From a virus: DNA of 64,000 nucleotides. The position numbers and the translations under genes were made by a program. The stretch covers positions 56,718-120,717 of the IMG/VR virus record IMGVR_UViG_3300009503_000020; one strand, given 5' to 3'. A model generated the notes under the pieces. It was not told the origin of the DNA and did no database searches. It worked only from the letters and a program-made list of their open reading frames with translations. Below, one piece after another: positions 8,957 to 18,386 of this stretch; the first letter of the stretch is position 1, and every line of letters begins with the position of its first letter.

Positions 8957-8965
8957 TCCCATCCT
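8935..8965 (+). repeat. 10-bp stem hairpin over the SSB stop, just before the recombinase RBS
   Basis: AGGATGGGAT (8935-8944) / ATCCCATCCT (8956-8965). Confidence 0.6.
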
Positions 8966-8984
8966 CACTAAGGAGGTTTAAAAG

Positions 8985-9944
8985 ATGGCAGTAATTTCTT
9001 CAGGATGCAAAGCATTGGATGAAGTTCTAGTAGGTGGCTTAAAGACTTCAGTTACTACTCTAGTCTTTGGAATACCAAACTTAGGTAAGACTTGGTTATG
9101 CTACCAACTTGCATGCATGTGCACTAGACCAGTTAAATCAGGAGGACTAGGGAAGAAAGCTCTCTACTTAGATACAGAAGGATTCTTCTTTACTGAAGAC
9201 ACTGTTGACAGGTTTGCAGGATATTTCAAGAAGAGATGGCCTGACTGTGATCCGAAGAAGATAGAGATAATACATGTACCTAGTATCTTTGACCTTGGAG
9301 AACTCTTTGGTATGCAATTGGATATACATATAGAAGAGTCTAGAGTCTCAGTGATAACTAAGTATCCTACAGAAGCACAAAAGAAGATAGCACAAGGAAA
9401 AGGAAAAAGTAAAGTAGACACAACAACAAGCAAAGACAAAGATTGGTTGGAGAAGGCTCCTATTTACCAGAAAGTGAAGACAGGAGAATTTGGTTTACTA
9501 ATAATAGACTCTATAACTATACCAATCAAGAGTGAGATAGCTGCAGCAACCCAGAACTTTCCTGCAAGGACAAGCATAGTATCTGCAATACTAGGTGCTT
9601 GTTATCCAATTGCAAGGAGAGCAGACATAGCTATTCTAATAACAGACCACATCACTAGCAACCCTATGTCTCCTACATATCAGTTTGGAACAGGAGATCC
9701 TTGGGGAGGAAGGAATATCCTCTACTATATTAAACACATCTTTGGATTGTACAAGCCACTAGCAGATCAAGTGAAAGCATATGCACCAGATGGACAGAGA
9801 GTTAGGAGATTCTCTAGGTATAGATATCCTGGATTAGATGCAGCTATGGCTGTAGTAAAACTAGAGAAAGACAAAGGCTATGTAGACTTACCACCAAAAG
9901 GACCTAAGCCAGCCACTGAAGAAGGTGGAGAGGAGGCTGCATAG
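8985..9944 (+). CDS. radB: RadA/RadB-family recombinase (no N-terminal HhH; RadB-like)
   Basis: SSGCKALDEVLVGG, Walker A GIPNLGKT, YLDTEG, Walker B LLIIDSI. Confidence 0.85.
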   Translation: MAVISSGCKALDEVLVGGLKTSVTTLVFGIPNLGKTWLCYQLACMCTRPVKSGGLGKKALYLDTEGFFFTEDTVDRFAGYFKKRWPDCDPKKIEIIHVPSIFDLGELFGMQLDIHIEESRVSVITKYPTEAQKKIAQGKGKSKVDTTTSKDKDWLEKAPIYQKVKTGEFGLLIIDSITIPIKSEIAAATQNFPARTSIVSAILGACYPIARRADIAILITDHITSNPMSPTYQFGTGDPWGGRNILYYIKHIFGLYKPLADQVKAYAPDGQRVRRFSRYRYPGLDAAMAVVKLEKDKGYVDLPPKGPKPATEEGGEEAA

Positions 9945-9946
9945 AA

Positions 9947-10111
9947 ATGCCAAAGGAAGATGAAAGCCCTCAAGTCTATTACTGTATCTGGGAAGGCAAT
10001 GAGAAAGTGGTGTGTCCAATAAGAACCAAGTACAAGCTCAAGCCTGAGAGTCTAGTGATGTTCTGTGAGAACTGTACTGAACTCCCTCTGAACAGGAAGA
10101 AACTCAGATAA
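9947..10111 (+). CDS. 54-aa Cys4 protein (not in ORF track)
   Basis: MPKEDESPQVYYCIWEGNEKVVCPIRTKYKLKPESLVMFCENC...; GGAGG upstream; followed by a T-rich tract. Confidence 0.65.
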   Translation: MPKEDESPQVYYCIWEGNEKVVCPIRTKYKLKPESLVMFCENCTELPLNRKKLR

Positions 10112-10143
10112 CCACTCCCTTTCTTTTCTTTGAGGTGTTAAAT

Positions 10144-10944
10144 ATGTCTCAAATTAAACTTGACAAGAGTCTCTTTCCAGAGAAGGAAACTAAACAGAAT
10201 AATTCAGGAGTTAAAGTTACTCCAACTAATAATGGACTTAGCAAGATACAACCTAACAAGGAAGGACTTACTATCTTATATGTAGATGTACATGAGCCTC
10301 CAGAGATTCCTGAGAGGCTGCAACGAGAGAAAGGAATCTATGTGATAGTCAAGTCTTTACCTGTATCAGATTATTGCTTCTCTAATATAGGAATAGAGAG
10401 GAAGACATTGAATGACTTCTATAACTCTATAGTACATGGAGACAAGCATATCTGGAAACAGATGTTTAACTTAAAACACGCATTTGAGAGACCTATACTC
10501 ATAATAGAGAGATGGGATGATAGTTTCTTATCTTCTCCTGCTGTGGAGAGAACAATTAGAGGAGCTATAGCTAGTATAGTCTTGATGGGTATTTCTGTGT
10601 TAGTGATACCAGGAAAAGGACATAACATTAAACCCTTTGTAGACCAACTAGCATATCTCTTCTATTCATCTGATAAGAAAGCATTGTCAATGAGACCTAT
10701 ACCAGAGAAGAGTAAAGAGAAAACTAAGAAAGCTATACTCTCTGATGTATTAAGTATGATTCCTGGATTTGGTAGGCAGAAAGCAGACTTAATAGCTAGT
10801 AAAGTAAATTCTATTGAGGAAGTTTGTAAGATGCCTGATGAAGAACTAAAGAAGCTATGTCCTGGTCTAGGACCTAAGAGACTAGAGATGCTCAGGTGGA
10901 TACTCAATGGAAGAGAAAACAAAGAAGAAGAGAAAGAAGCATAA
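10144..10944 (+). CDS. xpf: ERCC4/XPF-family structure-specific nuclease with HhH
   Basis: VDVHE, SDY, IERKTLNDF (ERK motif), HhH MIPGFGRQKA and PGLGPKR. Confidence 0.9.
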   Translation: MSQIKLDKSLFPEKETKQNNSGVKVTPTNNGLSKIQPNKEGLTILYVDVHEPPEIPERLQREKGIYVIVKSLPVSDYCFSNIGIERKTLNDFYNSIVHGDKHIWKQMFNLKHAFERPILIIERWDDSFLSSPAVERTIRGAIASIVLMGISVLVIPGKGHNIKPFVDQLAYLFYSSDKKALSMRPIPEKSKEKTKKAILSDVLSMIPGFGRQKADLIASKVNSIEEVCKMPDEELKKLCPGLGPKRLEMLRWILNGRENKEEEKEA

Positions 10945-11038
10945 ACAAACTTCTCTAGTAGACTATGGGTTCCCTGACAATATCCCTACAACTTTGAAGT
11001 TAGGACCAGGCGGAAAAGAAGATGAAGAGAAACACTAA
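10907..11038 (+). CDS. 43-aa basic peptide with a PIP-box-like motif (not in ORF track)
   Basis: MEEKTKKKRKKHKQTSLVDYGFP...; AGGTGG RBS 6 nt upstream; fills the XPF-PolB gap. Confidence 0.45.
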   Translation: MEEKTKKKRKKHKQTSLVDYGFPDNIPTTLKLGPGGKEDEEKH

Positions 11039-13703
11039 AGGTGTCTGGACTGCAATTAAGTATAAAGATGAAGTAGTAGATCCTAGTCTTTCTGAGACAG
11101 ATCCTAAGAAGTATAGACCTACAATCTATCTATGGGTTAGAGACACAGACTTAAAGAGACACAGGTTAGCTATCAAAGGATTCAAGCCATACTTCTATAC
11201 TATTCCTGCAGTTAAGTCTGATGCAAACTATATCTTTCAGATGCCAGAGATAGAGAAGTATGAGCTAGTAGAGTTTGGAAATAGAAAGCTATACAGGATC
11301 TACACATACATACCTGGTTTTGTACCTAAGATAAAGAGAACTATACAAGCTCAGTTTGCTCAAGCAGCAGTGAGAGAAGCAGATGTGCTCTTTGAACTTA
11401 GATTTTTAATAGACATGGGGATAAGAGGAGCAATTGACTGGTATGATGAAAGCAATCCAGTACCATTAGAAGAGGATTTGAATATTCCTCTAAGGAAAAT
11501 ATACATAGACACAGAAGTATGGTCTAAAAGACAAGTTAAGCCAGGAAGGATGAGAGCTAATGAATTTATTAAATGCTTAACTGCTTATGACTCTTATGAG
11601 AAGATATATTATACTTGGTATCTCAACGAATATGATTTGAAAGTACAAGAGACAGACTCTTGGAAGATAATCTGGTGTAGAACAGTAGAAGAGATGATGA
11701 AGGGATTTCTTAACTATGTCAAAGAGAGAGATCCTGATGTAATTACTGGATATAATGTAGACTTTGACCTATTGAATATAAGACAGGAAGCACTCAGAAG
11801 AGGATTACACACAGAGTTCAATTACTTGTCTGCTTTATCCGATTTGGGTTACTCTGTGGGAAAGGTAGTAACTAAGAAACACAGAATACGTGGAGTGGAC
11901 TGGTCTAGGGAAGGACTGTTGCTAGATGGTAGAGAAGTGATAGACATTCTAGACTGTATAAGAATGGTAGCAAGAACACAATTGAGGAGCTATACTCTTG
12001 ACTATGTGGTTGAAGTTTTCTTAGGAAAGGAAGAAAAGAAGGTAACCTATCAAGGAAAGCCTATAGCTCCTAATATAGTCAAAGTGTGGGAAGAAGCACC
12101 ACAAGTAGTTCTTGAATATAATAAACATGATGTGGAACTAGTAGTGAAACTAGATGGGAAGAATGACTTGATAGGCTTCTTAGACCAGTTGAGGAAGACT
12201 GTAGGTGTAAGGTTAGAAGATGCTTTCTCTACTCAGAGGATGATAGATACAGAAGCATTGAGAAGAAGGACATTTCCTCTTCCCTCTAAGTTCTCTAACA
12301 AGAAAGATGAGAAACAAAGCTACAAAGGTGCTATTGTAGTTAATCCAGTGATTGGTCTACACAAATGGGTAATCTGCCTAGACTACAAGTCTCTATACCC
12401 ATCTATCATTAGAACATTCAATATAGACACTGACACCTATGTGGTTGATTCCAAGTTTATTCCTAAGAAAGCTGAAGTATACAAGTTTAGCAATCTTGAA
12501 AACACTAAGTCGTGGATCTTCCTCAAGAAGCCTAGAGGTTTGTTCCCAGAGATGCTTGATGACTTCACTGCTTTGAGAGATAGTTTAAGAAAGCAGATAG
12601 AAATAGAGAAAGATCCTGAAAAGAAGAAGTTGCTAGATATCAAACAAGAAGTAATCAAAGTACTTTCAAATGCAGTGTATGGAGCTTTTGGATACAGGTC
12701 TAGGAAGCATAATTTAGAAGTAGCAGAAGCAATTACTGCATTTGGACAGAGGATGATTAGACTAGCAGCAGATATAGCTACTGAATTAGGAATGCAAGTA
12801 ATCTATGGTGATACAGATAGTATCTTTGTATGTACAGGAAAGAACAACTATGGAGAAGCATACAATGAAGGGATTAGACTACAAGATGAAATCATGAGAA
12901 GGATACCTAAGTTCACTTATCAGTTTAATGTAGATGAGAAGAACATCTTTGAGATTAAGCTAGAGAAGATATACAGTAAGTTCTTTATGGCAAAAGGAGC
13001 TACAGGAAAAGCTGCTAAGAAGAGATACTGTGGACAAATAATCCTTAAAGATGGGAAGACAAAGTTAGATGTGAAAGGATTTGATATCAAGAGAAGTGAT
13101 ACTTCAGAGTTTGCTAGTACACTTCAACAGAAGTTAATTGAGACAGTACTAACAGAGAAATCTAAAGAGGAACTTATTGAGGAGATAGCTAATGAGTTAA
13201 ACACCATTGACAAACTCCCGTTTGAAAAGATAGCTGTACCTTCAGCAATCTCTAAACCACTGAGAGGAGGATACAAGAAGAATCCTATACAGAAGAGAGC
13301 AGCTGAGAATGCTAACAAATATTTGGGAACTCACTATGAGTATGGTTCCAAGCCTCTTAGGTTATACATACAAGTTCCTAGTCTAGAAGAAGTGTATCCT
13401 AGAAGTCACAAGAAAACAGAGGTTGAGAGAAAAGAACTGGAGAAGGAGTTAAAGAATCTAAATGTGATAGCTTTTGATTCTTCAATTACCCTACCAGAGT
13501 GGATTAGAGTAGACTATCCCAGAATGCTAAAGCTGACTGTGAAACCTAAGATAGAGAAATTCCTAGAATCACTAGATATAACATGGGAAGAAGTTAAACA
13601 GAACTTGAAACCAGAATTGCAAGAAAAAGAAAAGAGAAAGAAGAAGAGAGAAGAACCAAAGACTACTCTTGACCTCTTCTTTGGAGGAAAGGAAAGTGCT
13701 TAG
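11022..13703 (+). CDS. polB: Family B DNA polymerase
   Basis: Exo motifs DTE, GYNVDFD and YNKHD; pol motifs DYKSLYPS, KVLSNAVYG and YGDTDS; C-terminal PIP-like KTTLDLFF. Confidence 0.97.
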   Translation: MKRNTKGVWTAIKYKDEVVDPSLSETDPKKYRPTIYLWVRDTDLKRHRLAIKGFKPYFYTIPAVKSDANYIFQMPEIEKYELVEFGNRKLYRIYTYIPGFVPKIKRTIQAQFAQAAVREADVLFELRFLIDMGIRGAIDWYDESNPVPLEEDLNIPLRKIYIDTEVWSKRQVKPGRMRANEFIKCLTAYDSYEKIYYTWYLNEYDLKVQETDSWKIIWCRTVEEMMKGFLNYVKERDPDVITGYNVDFDLLNIRQEALRRGLHTEFNYLSALSDLGYSVGKVVTKKHRIRGVDWSREGLLLDGREVIDILDCIRMVARTQLRSYTLDYVVEVFLGKEEKKVTYQGKPIAPNIVKVWEEAPQVVLEYNKHDVELVVKLDGKNDLIGFLDQLRKTVGVRLEDAFSTQRMIDTEALRRRTFPLPSKFSNKKDEKQSYKGAIVVNPVIGLHKWVICLDYKSLYPSIIRTFNIDTDTYVVDSKFIPKKAEVYKFSNLENTKSWIFLKKPRGLFPEMLDDFTALRDSLRKQIEIEKDPEKKKLLDIKQEVIKVLSNAVYGAFGYRSRKHNLEVAEAITAFGQRMIRLAADIATELGMQVIYGDTDSIFVCTGKNNYGEAYNEGIRLQDEIMRRIPKFTYQFNVDEKNIFEIKLEKIYSKFFMAKGATGKAAKKRYCGQIILKDGKTKLDVKGFDIKRSDTSEFASTLQQKLIETVLTEKSKEELIEEIANELNTIDKLPFEKIAVPSAISKPLRGGYKKNPIQKRAAENANKYLGTHYEYGSKPLRLYIQVPSLEEVYPRSHKKTEVERKELEKELKNLNVIAFDSSITLPEWIRVDYPRMLKLTVKPKIEKFLESLDITWEEVKQNLKPELQEKEKRKKKREEPKTTLDLFFGGKESA

Positions 13704-14142
13704 TTTTCCTTGTAGAGCATTTAGAGAGAACAGAGTTGTTTTCTCTAGAGAAGAATTAATAATGAGACTTAATGAAGCTAATGAGGCAGGGAAGAGTTGT
13801 GAGGTAGGGTTCTATGCATTCTCTACTTGGATAAACTTAGAACCAGTCAAAGAGAGTGTAGTGCTAGACAAAGTCATCTATACAGGAAAGCAAGAAACTT
13901 TAGAGAAGCTAGCAGAGAGAAAGCTAAGAGAAGGAAAAGAGTCTGTGCTTATATGGGATGGAGAGAGATACCTATTATTTGTAAGAGAAGAAGTAGATTC
14001 AATAGAAGGACTAGCAAAGAAGAAAGAGCCAGGAGCAGATGTAATAACTAATATAGAGGGCAAATTCACGTTCCCAGGCTTTAGGAATCTTAAAAGTGGT
14101 CAAATGAGCAAGATAATCAAGAAGTGGAGATTCAATGACTAA
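13696..14142 (+). CDS. Degenerate AEP primase-like protein
   Basis: FPCRAF...VVFSREEL...VGFYAF...LDKVIY...FTFPGFRNLKSG follows the archaeal-virus AEP layout, but the DxD and GxH motifs are absent. Confidence 0.4.
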   Translation: MLSFPCRAFRENRVVFSREELIMRLNEANEAGKSCEVGFYAFSTWINLEPVKESVVLDKVIYTGKQETLEKLAERKLREGKESVLIWDGERYLLFVREEVDSIEGLAKKKEPGADVITNIEGKFTFPGFRNLKSGQMSKIIKKWRFND

Positions 14143-15178
14143 AGTCTGTTGGATATCTGATTTTCCTCTCAGAGGCAGTTCTTTTGGTAATGTAACTTAT
14201 GAATTGCTTACAAGGATGCCTAAGGATTACTACTTTGAAGTGCTTAGTCTAGGATATGAAGGTATGCCTCTTAAACTAACAGATAACATAAGAATATTTG
14301 AATTGAAGAAGGCCTATCAGTTAAGGTATTACTACTCTAAGTTTAAACCAGATACAACTGTAGTATTTCATTCATTCTGGTTACTTAACTCAATTGCAAA
14401 TGAAATGGAAGCAATGACAGGTAAGAAGATCCTATACATACCAGTAGAGGGAGAAGAGGTTCCTTTTGAATATAGAAAACACTTCTTCTATTTTGACACT
14501 ATAGCAACACCTTCTGAATACTCCAGGAAAGTTTTAAAGAAATCAGGAATAAATGCAAGTGTAGTTCCTCATGGAGTAGATACTGCATTCTTCACACCTA
14601 AACCTAAAGTATGGCATGAGTTTAGATTTGGATATCTAGGACTAAATGACATTAGGAAACAGGTACCAAGAGTAATGGAAGCATATGCCAGACTTGGACA
14701 AGGGACTCTTGTAATTGCAGCAGAGAAAGAAGGACATTATGACTTGCCTAACCTAGCTAAGCAATACAATATATCTCCTATATTTGTAGAAGCTAAGTTG
14801 AATGGTCTAACTCTCAATAGAGAAGCAGTTAGAGACTTCTTGCAATCTCTAGATGTATACATTTCACCTGCATCAGAATCATTTGGCTTACCTGCATTAG
14901 AAGCACAAGCTTGTGGCATCCCAGTTATAGCTCTTGAACATGGAGCATCTAAAGAAGTCTTAGGCAATGGAGCAGTGTACTGTGGAGTAGCTGATCTCTT
15001 AGAGACAAGTATAGGAAAGATAGGTCTGATATCTGTCTCTGATCTATATAGGAAGATGAGATTCCTTATTCAAGTAAAAGAAGCTTATGAGAAGACAGCA
15101 AGTAAAGCTCTAGCTAATGCTCAGAACTGGACTTGGGAAAATGCTGTAAAGAAACTAACAGAGGTATTAGAGTCATGA
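14135..15178 (+). CDS. Glycosyltransferase family 4 (GT-B)
   Basis: VVPHGVD, RKQ, ESFGLPALEAQACGIPVI. Confidence 0.92.
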   Translation: MTKVCWISDFPLRGSSFGNVTYELLTRMPKDYYFEVLSLGYEGMPLKLTDNIRIFELKKAYQLRYYYSKFKPDTTVVFHSFWLLNSIANEMEAMTGKKILYIPVEGEEVPFEYRKHFFYFDTIATPSEYSRKVLKKSGINASVVPHGVDTAFFTPKPKVWHEFRFGYLGLNDIRKQVPRVMEAYARLGQGTLVIAAEKEGHYDLPNLAKQYNISPIFVEAKLNGLTLNREAVRDFLQSLDVYISPASESFGLPALEAQACGIPVIALEHGASKEVLGNGAVYCGVADLLETSIGKIGLISVSDLYRKMRFLIQVKEAYEKTASKALANAQNWTWENAVKKLTEVLES

Positions 15179-15549
15179 ACTTAGAAGGTATTAATTTGAA
15201 AGGAGTAAAACATCTAGATGCTAGGTTAAGAAAAAAGAAGAACAGTCTCAACTTAGAAGAAATGTGGCAAAGAATCCTTGGCTCAGGTTACTATCAGCCA
15301 TTCTGTCCTCTTTGTGGTGAGCCATTGAAATTAACTGATTGCACAATAGAGTATGAACTTGCTCCGGGCTTAGGAAAGAAACATTTCTTGTGGCATTTAA
15401 GGACAGCTACACCTACAATAATAGTTAAACTTAGATGTCTTCACTGTAATGTAGAGATAAAAGGACAAGGTTATGGACTTTCTTATGACAGTGAAGGAAT
15501 AGCCTTTGAATCTCTGCGTATGACTTCTATAGATAAAAAGGAGGAATGA
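15175..15549 (+). CDS. Zinc-finger protein
   Basis: CPLCG...CLHC; ATGA overlap. Confidence 0.55.
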   Translation: MNLEGINLKGVKHLDARLRKKKNSLNLEEMWQRILGSGYYQPFCPLCGEPLKLTDCTIEYELAPGLGKKHFLWHLRTATPTIIVKLRCLHCNVEIKGQGYGLSYDSEGIAFESLRMTSIDKKEE

Positions 15550-15827
15550 AATTGGAAGAAAAGAAAGAAGACAAAGTAAGATATGTGCAAGGTTGGCGTT
15601 GTGAGTTCTGTGGAGAAATATATTCTACTAAAGAAGAAGCAGAGACATGTTGGGAGAGACATGTACAGTTTGAGATACAGCCACTGTTCTCATTAAATGA
15701 AGAGTTCCCTACTGAAGTCCTAGTAAAGAAAATAGAGGGTAACTACTACACTGAAATAGCAACATATGAACTAGCTAAGAAAGAGAAAGTAAGCATCGAA
15801 AGGAAAGTGAGAAAAGAAGATGAGTAA
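15546..15827 (+). CDS. Small C2H2-like zinc-finger protein
   Basis: CEFCG...CWERH. Confidence 0.55.
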   Translation: MKLEEKKEDKVRYVQGWRCEFCGEIYSTKEEAETCWERHVQFEIQPLFSLNEEFPTEVLVKKIEGNYYTEIATYELAKKEKVSIERKVRKEDE

Positions 15828-17106
15828 ACCAACAGAAGCTAAGGTAATAGAACAAACTATAGCTCAAGATATAAAAGAGAATCGTACTTGGAGAGACATG
15901 AGAATACTATGGCATTCAGTAGCACCTTATATCAATTCTGGCTATGGCACTGTTACTCGTGAGTTTATGACAAGACTTTTGAATAAAGGCTTTGTAGGCT
16001 TCATATCAGCATATTATGGAATACAACCAGGAGGAATGTTAAATTGGCATGGACTATATGTCCTACCAGTTCAAAAGACTTCTTCAGATCAACTAGGATT
16101 TGAATCTGCTATTGAACACTACAAAAGATTCAAGTGTGACCTGGGAGTTTTTCATGCTGACTTTTGGGTATCATATCAGTTTGCTAAGAAGATACCTTAT
16201 ACTCTCTGTTACTCCCCTATAGATCATGAACAGTATCCTGATAAATGGTTAGAAATCTTAAGGACTTACAAGTGGGTAGCTGTTCCTTCACGACATGCTG
16301 AGAAGGAACTAAAGAAATCAGGGATAGAAGCAACCTTTGTTCCTCATGGTGTAGATATAAAAGAATATCATCCACTAGATAAAAAGACAAGCAGGCAAGC
16401 ATTCTCACTAAATCCAGAAGACTTCATAATTGGAATAGTTGCAGCTAACAACGATGAGGAGACCAGAAAAGCTTGGGATGCTAATTTCTTGGCAGTTAAG
16501 TACTTCCTTGATAACAATCCAGATGCTAAGAAAGATGTAAAAGTAGTGATACATACAGACCCTACTAATGAAAGAGGGAGAAACCTCTATGAACTAGTTG
16601 ATCAAGTAGGAATAGGAGAACAAGTTATTTGGAATGACCGCTACTTTGCTTCTCTTTTGACATTTCCTTCTTCAGTAATGTGTAAGCTATACAACTGTTT
16701 TGATGTGTTTCTCTTGTTATCTAGGAGAGAAGGATTCTGCATTCCTGCACTTGAAGCACAAGCATGTGGAGTACCTTGCATACTTAATGACTTCTCTGCA
16801 CTCTCTGAAAGAAATGACTATGGTAGAGTAGGGTGGCTAGTAAAACCGAGTGCACTAGTCTATTCTCCACTGAATGCAATTACTTCTATTCCTGATCCTT
16901 ACGGAGGGGCGAAGGCTCTTGAAGAAGCATACAATAATGAATCTAAGAGAAAGTTGTATGCAAAGAGATCACTTGAATATGCTAGACAACAGACATGGGA
17001 TATAGCTATTGACAAGTACATGATGCCTCTTCTAGAGAGAATAGGAGAAGAAATTCCTTCTCTAACAAGTAGAAAGGAGGCTAGAAAGATTGCAGGAAAC
17101 ACCTAG
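15820..17106 (+). CDS. Glycosyltransferase family 4 (GT-B)
   Basis: RILWHSVAP, SGYG, FVPHGVD, RK, EGFCIPALEAQACG. Confidence 0.92.
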   Translation: MSKPTEAKVIEQTIAQDIKENRTWRDMRILWHSVAPYINSGYGTVTREFMTRLLNKGFVGFISAYYGIQPGGMLNWHGLYVLPVQKTSSDQLGFESAIEHYKRFKCDLGVFHADFWVSYQFAKKIPYTLCYSPIDHEQYPDKWLEILRTYKWVAVPSRHAEKELKKSGIEATFVPHGVDIKEYHPLDKKTSRQAFSLNPEDFIIGIVAANNDEETRKAWDANFLAVKYFLDNNPDAKKDVKVVIHTDPTNERGRNLYELVDQVGIGEQVIWNDRYFASLLTFPSSVMCKLYNCFDVFLLLSRREGFCIPALEAQACGVPCILNDFSALSERNDYGRVGWLVKPSALVYSPLNAITSIPDPYGGAKALEEAYNNESKRKLYAKRSLEYARQQTWDIAIDKYMMPLLERIGEEIPSLTSRKEARKIAGNT

Positions 17107-17911
17107 AGTAATGATATGTCTACTAGTTAAGAATGATGCCAAGCATCTTCCTCAATTTCTGAATGCAATGAAGAACTTAGACTATCCAAAAGACAAACTT
17201 AGATGGATATGGATATATGGTAAGTCTGTTGATGACACCCTGGACATCATTCTTGAGTTTCATAAGAAAGAACCTTATAAGTATGAAGTCTATGAAGAAC
17301 CTGTCTTTGAGAGACTACTACCAAATGCCCTTTATGTTGCTAGACTCTGTAATGAATTTAAGAAGATGTATCAAGGAGAAGAGTATGTTCTCTTTGCTGA
17401 CTCTGATATAGTAGAAATGCCTCCTGAGACACTAAAAGAACTGATAAGAGTAGATAAGGACATAGTAGCTCCTTATGTGTACAGAAGAACTTCAGATGGA
17501 GAGGAGTTCTTCTATGACACCTATGTCTTTCGTTGGCATGGTTGGAAGTTTGAACATGTAGAATGTAAAGGAGTTGTATATGGCTATGAAAAACCAGTAT
17601 TTGCTAATGAAAAGCAACCTGTTGAATTAGATTCAGTAGGAACATTTCTCTTGATCAAAGGAGAAGTGTTCAAGAAAGTTGATTGGGATAATCCAGCTCC
17701 ACACTTACAATTCTGTAAGAATGCTAGGAAAGCAGGATATAAAGTGTGGGCTCTCCCATATCTTAAAATATACCATGCAGATGTGACTCAAGAAGAGTCA
17801 CCACACTACTCATTAGAATGGTATGCACAACACGATATGATACCCTTTGAGGAACTATACAAGGTCGGATATGTGAAGAAAGGAGGAAAACTTGTTCTGG
17901 AGACGTGGTAG
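17090..17911 (+). CDS. GT-A fold glycosyltransferase (Anp1/GT2-like)
   Basis: CLLVKND...LDYPK, DSD (DxD) motif, ELDSVG, IYH. Confidence 0.8.
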   Translation: MQETPRVMICLLVKNDAKHLPQFLNAMKNLDYPKDKLRWIWIYGKSVDDTLDIILEFHKKEPYKYEVYEEPVFERLLPNALYVARLCNEFKKMYQGEEYVLFADSDIVEMPPETLKELIRVDKDIVAPYVYRRTSDGEEFFYDTYVFRWHGWKFEHVECKGVVYGYEKPVFANEKQPVELDSVGTFLLIKGEVFKKVDWDNPAPHLQFCKNARKAGYKVWALPYLKIYHADVTQEESPHYSLEWYAQHDMIPFEELYKVGYVKKGGKLVLETW

Positions 17912-17938
17912 TTTGGACAAGAGAAAGGAGGGAAAAAA

Positions 17939-18382
17939 ATGAGACCTAAGGAGCAGATCCTTCAGTTCTTACAAGAAAAAATACAAGATAGTAATTGCAG
18001 TTTGTTAGATGTAGGTGCAGGAGAAGATTTTGTTAGGAATGTATTTATTAACACAGTTAGTTTGGACATTAGAGGTAAACCAGATGTGAAAGCTGATGCT
18101 CACTTTCTTCCTTTTAAATCTAATAGTTTTGATTATGTCATAGGCATATCTGTAATAGAGCATTTAGAGAATCCTGCTATAGCAGTGAGAGAAATGCTAA
18201 GAACAGCAAGAATAGCCGTTATCCTTTGGACTGATTTTACACAACACGATATGGAAGCTGATCCTGAACATAAGTATTGCTGGACACCTAAAGTCTTCCA
18301 GCAGTTTCTTAACATGTTTGGTTATCAATCTAAAGCAGAAGTGTGGAGAGACTTTGCACTTGTTGGAATCATATGGAAGTGA
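17939..18382 (+). CDS. Class I SAM-dependent methyltransferase
   Basis: LLDVGAG motif I, ADAHFLPF, SFD, VIEHL. Confidence 0.88.
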   Translation: MRPKEQILQFLQEKIQDSNCSLLDVGAGEDFVRNVFINTVSLDIRGKPDVKADAHFLPFKSNSFDYVIGISVIEHLENPAIAVREMLRTARIAVILWTDFTQHDMEADPEHKYCWTPKVFQQFLNMFGYQSKAEVWRDFALVGIIWK

Positions 18383-18386
18383 GAAA

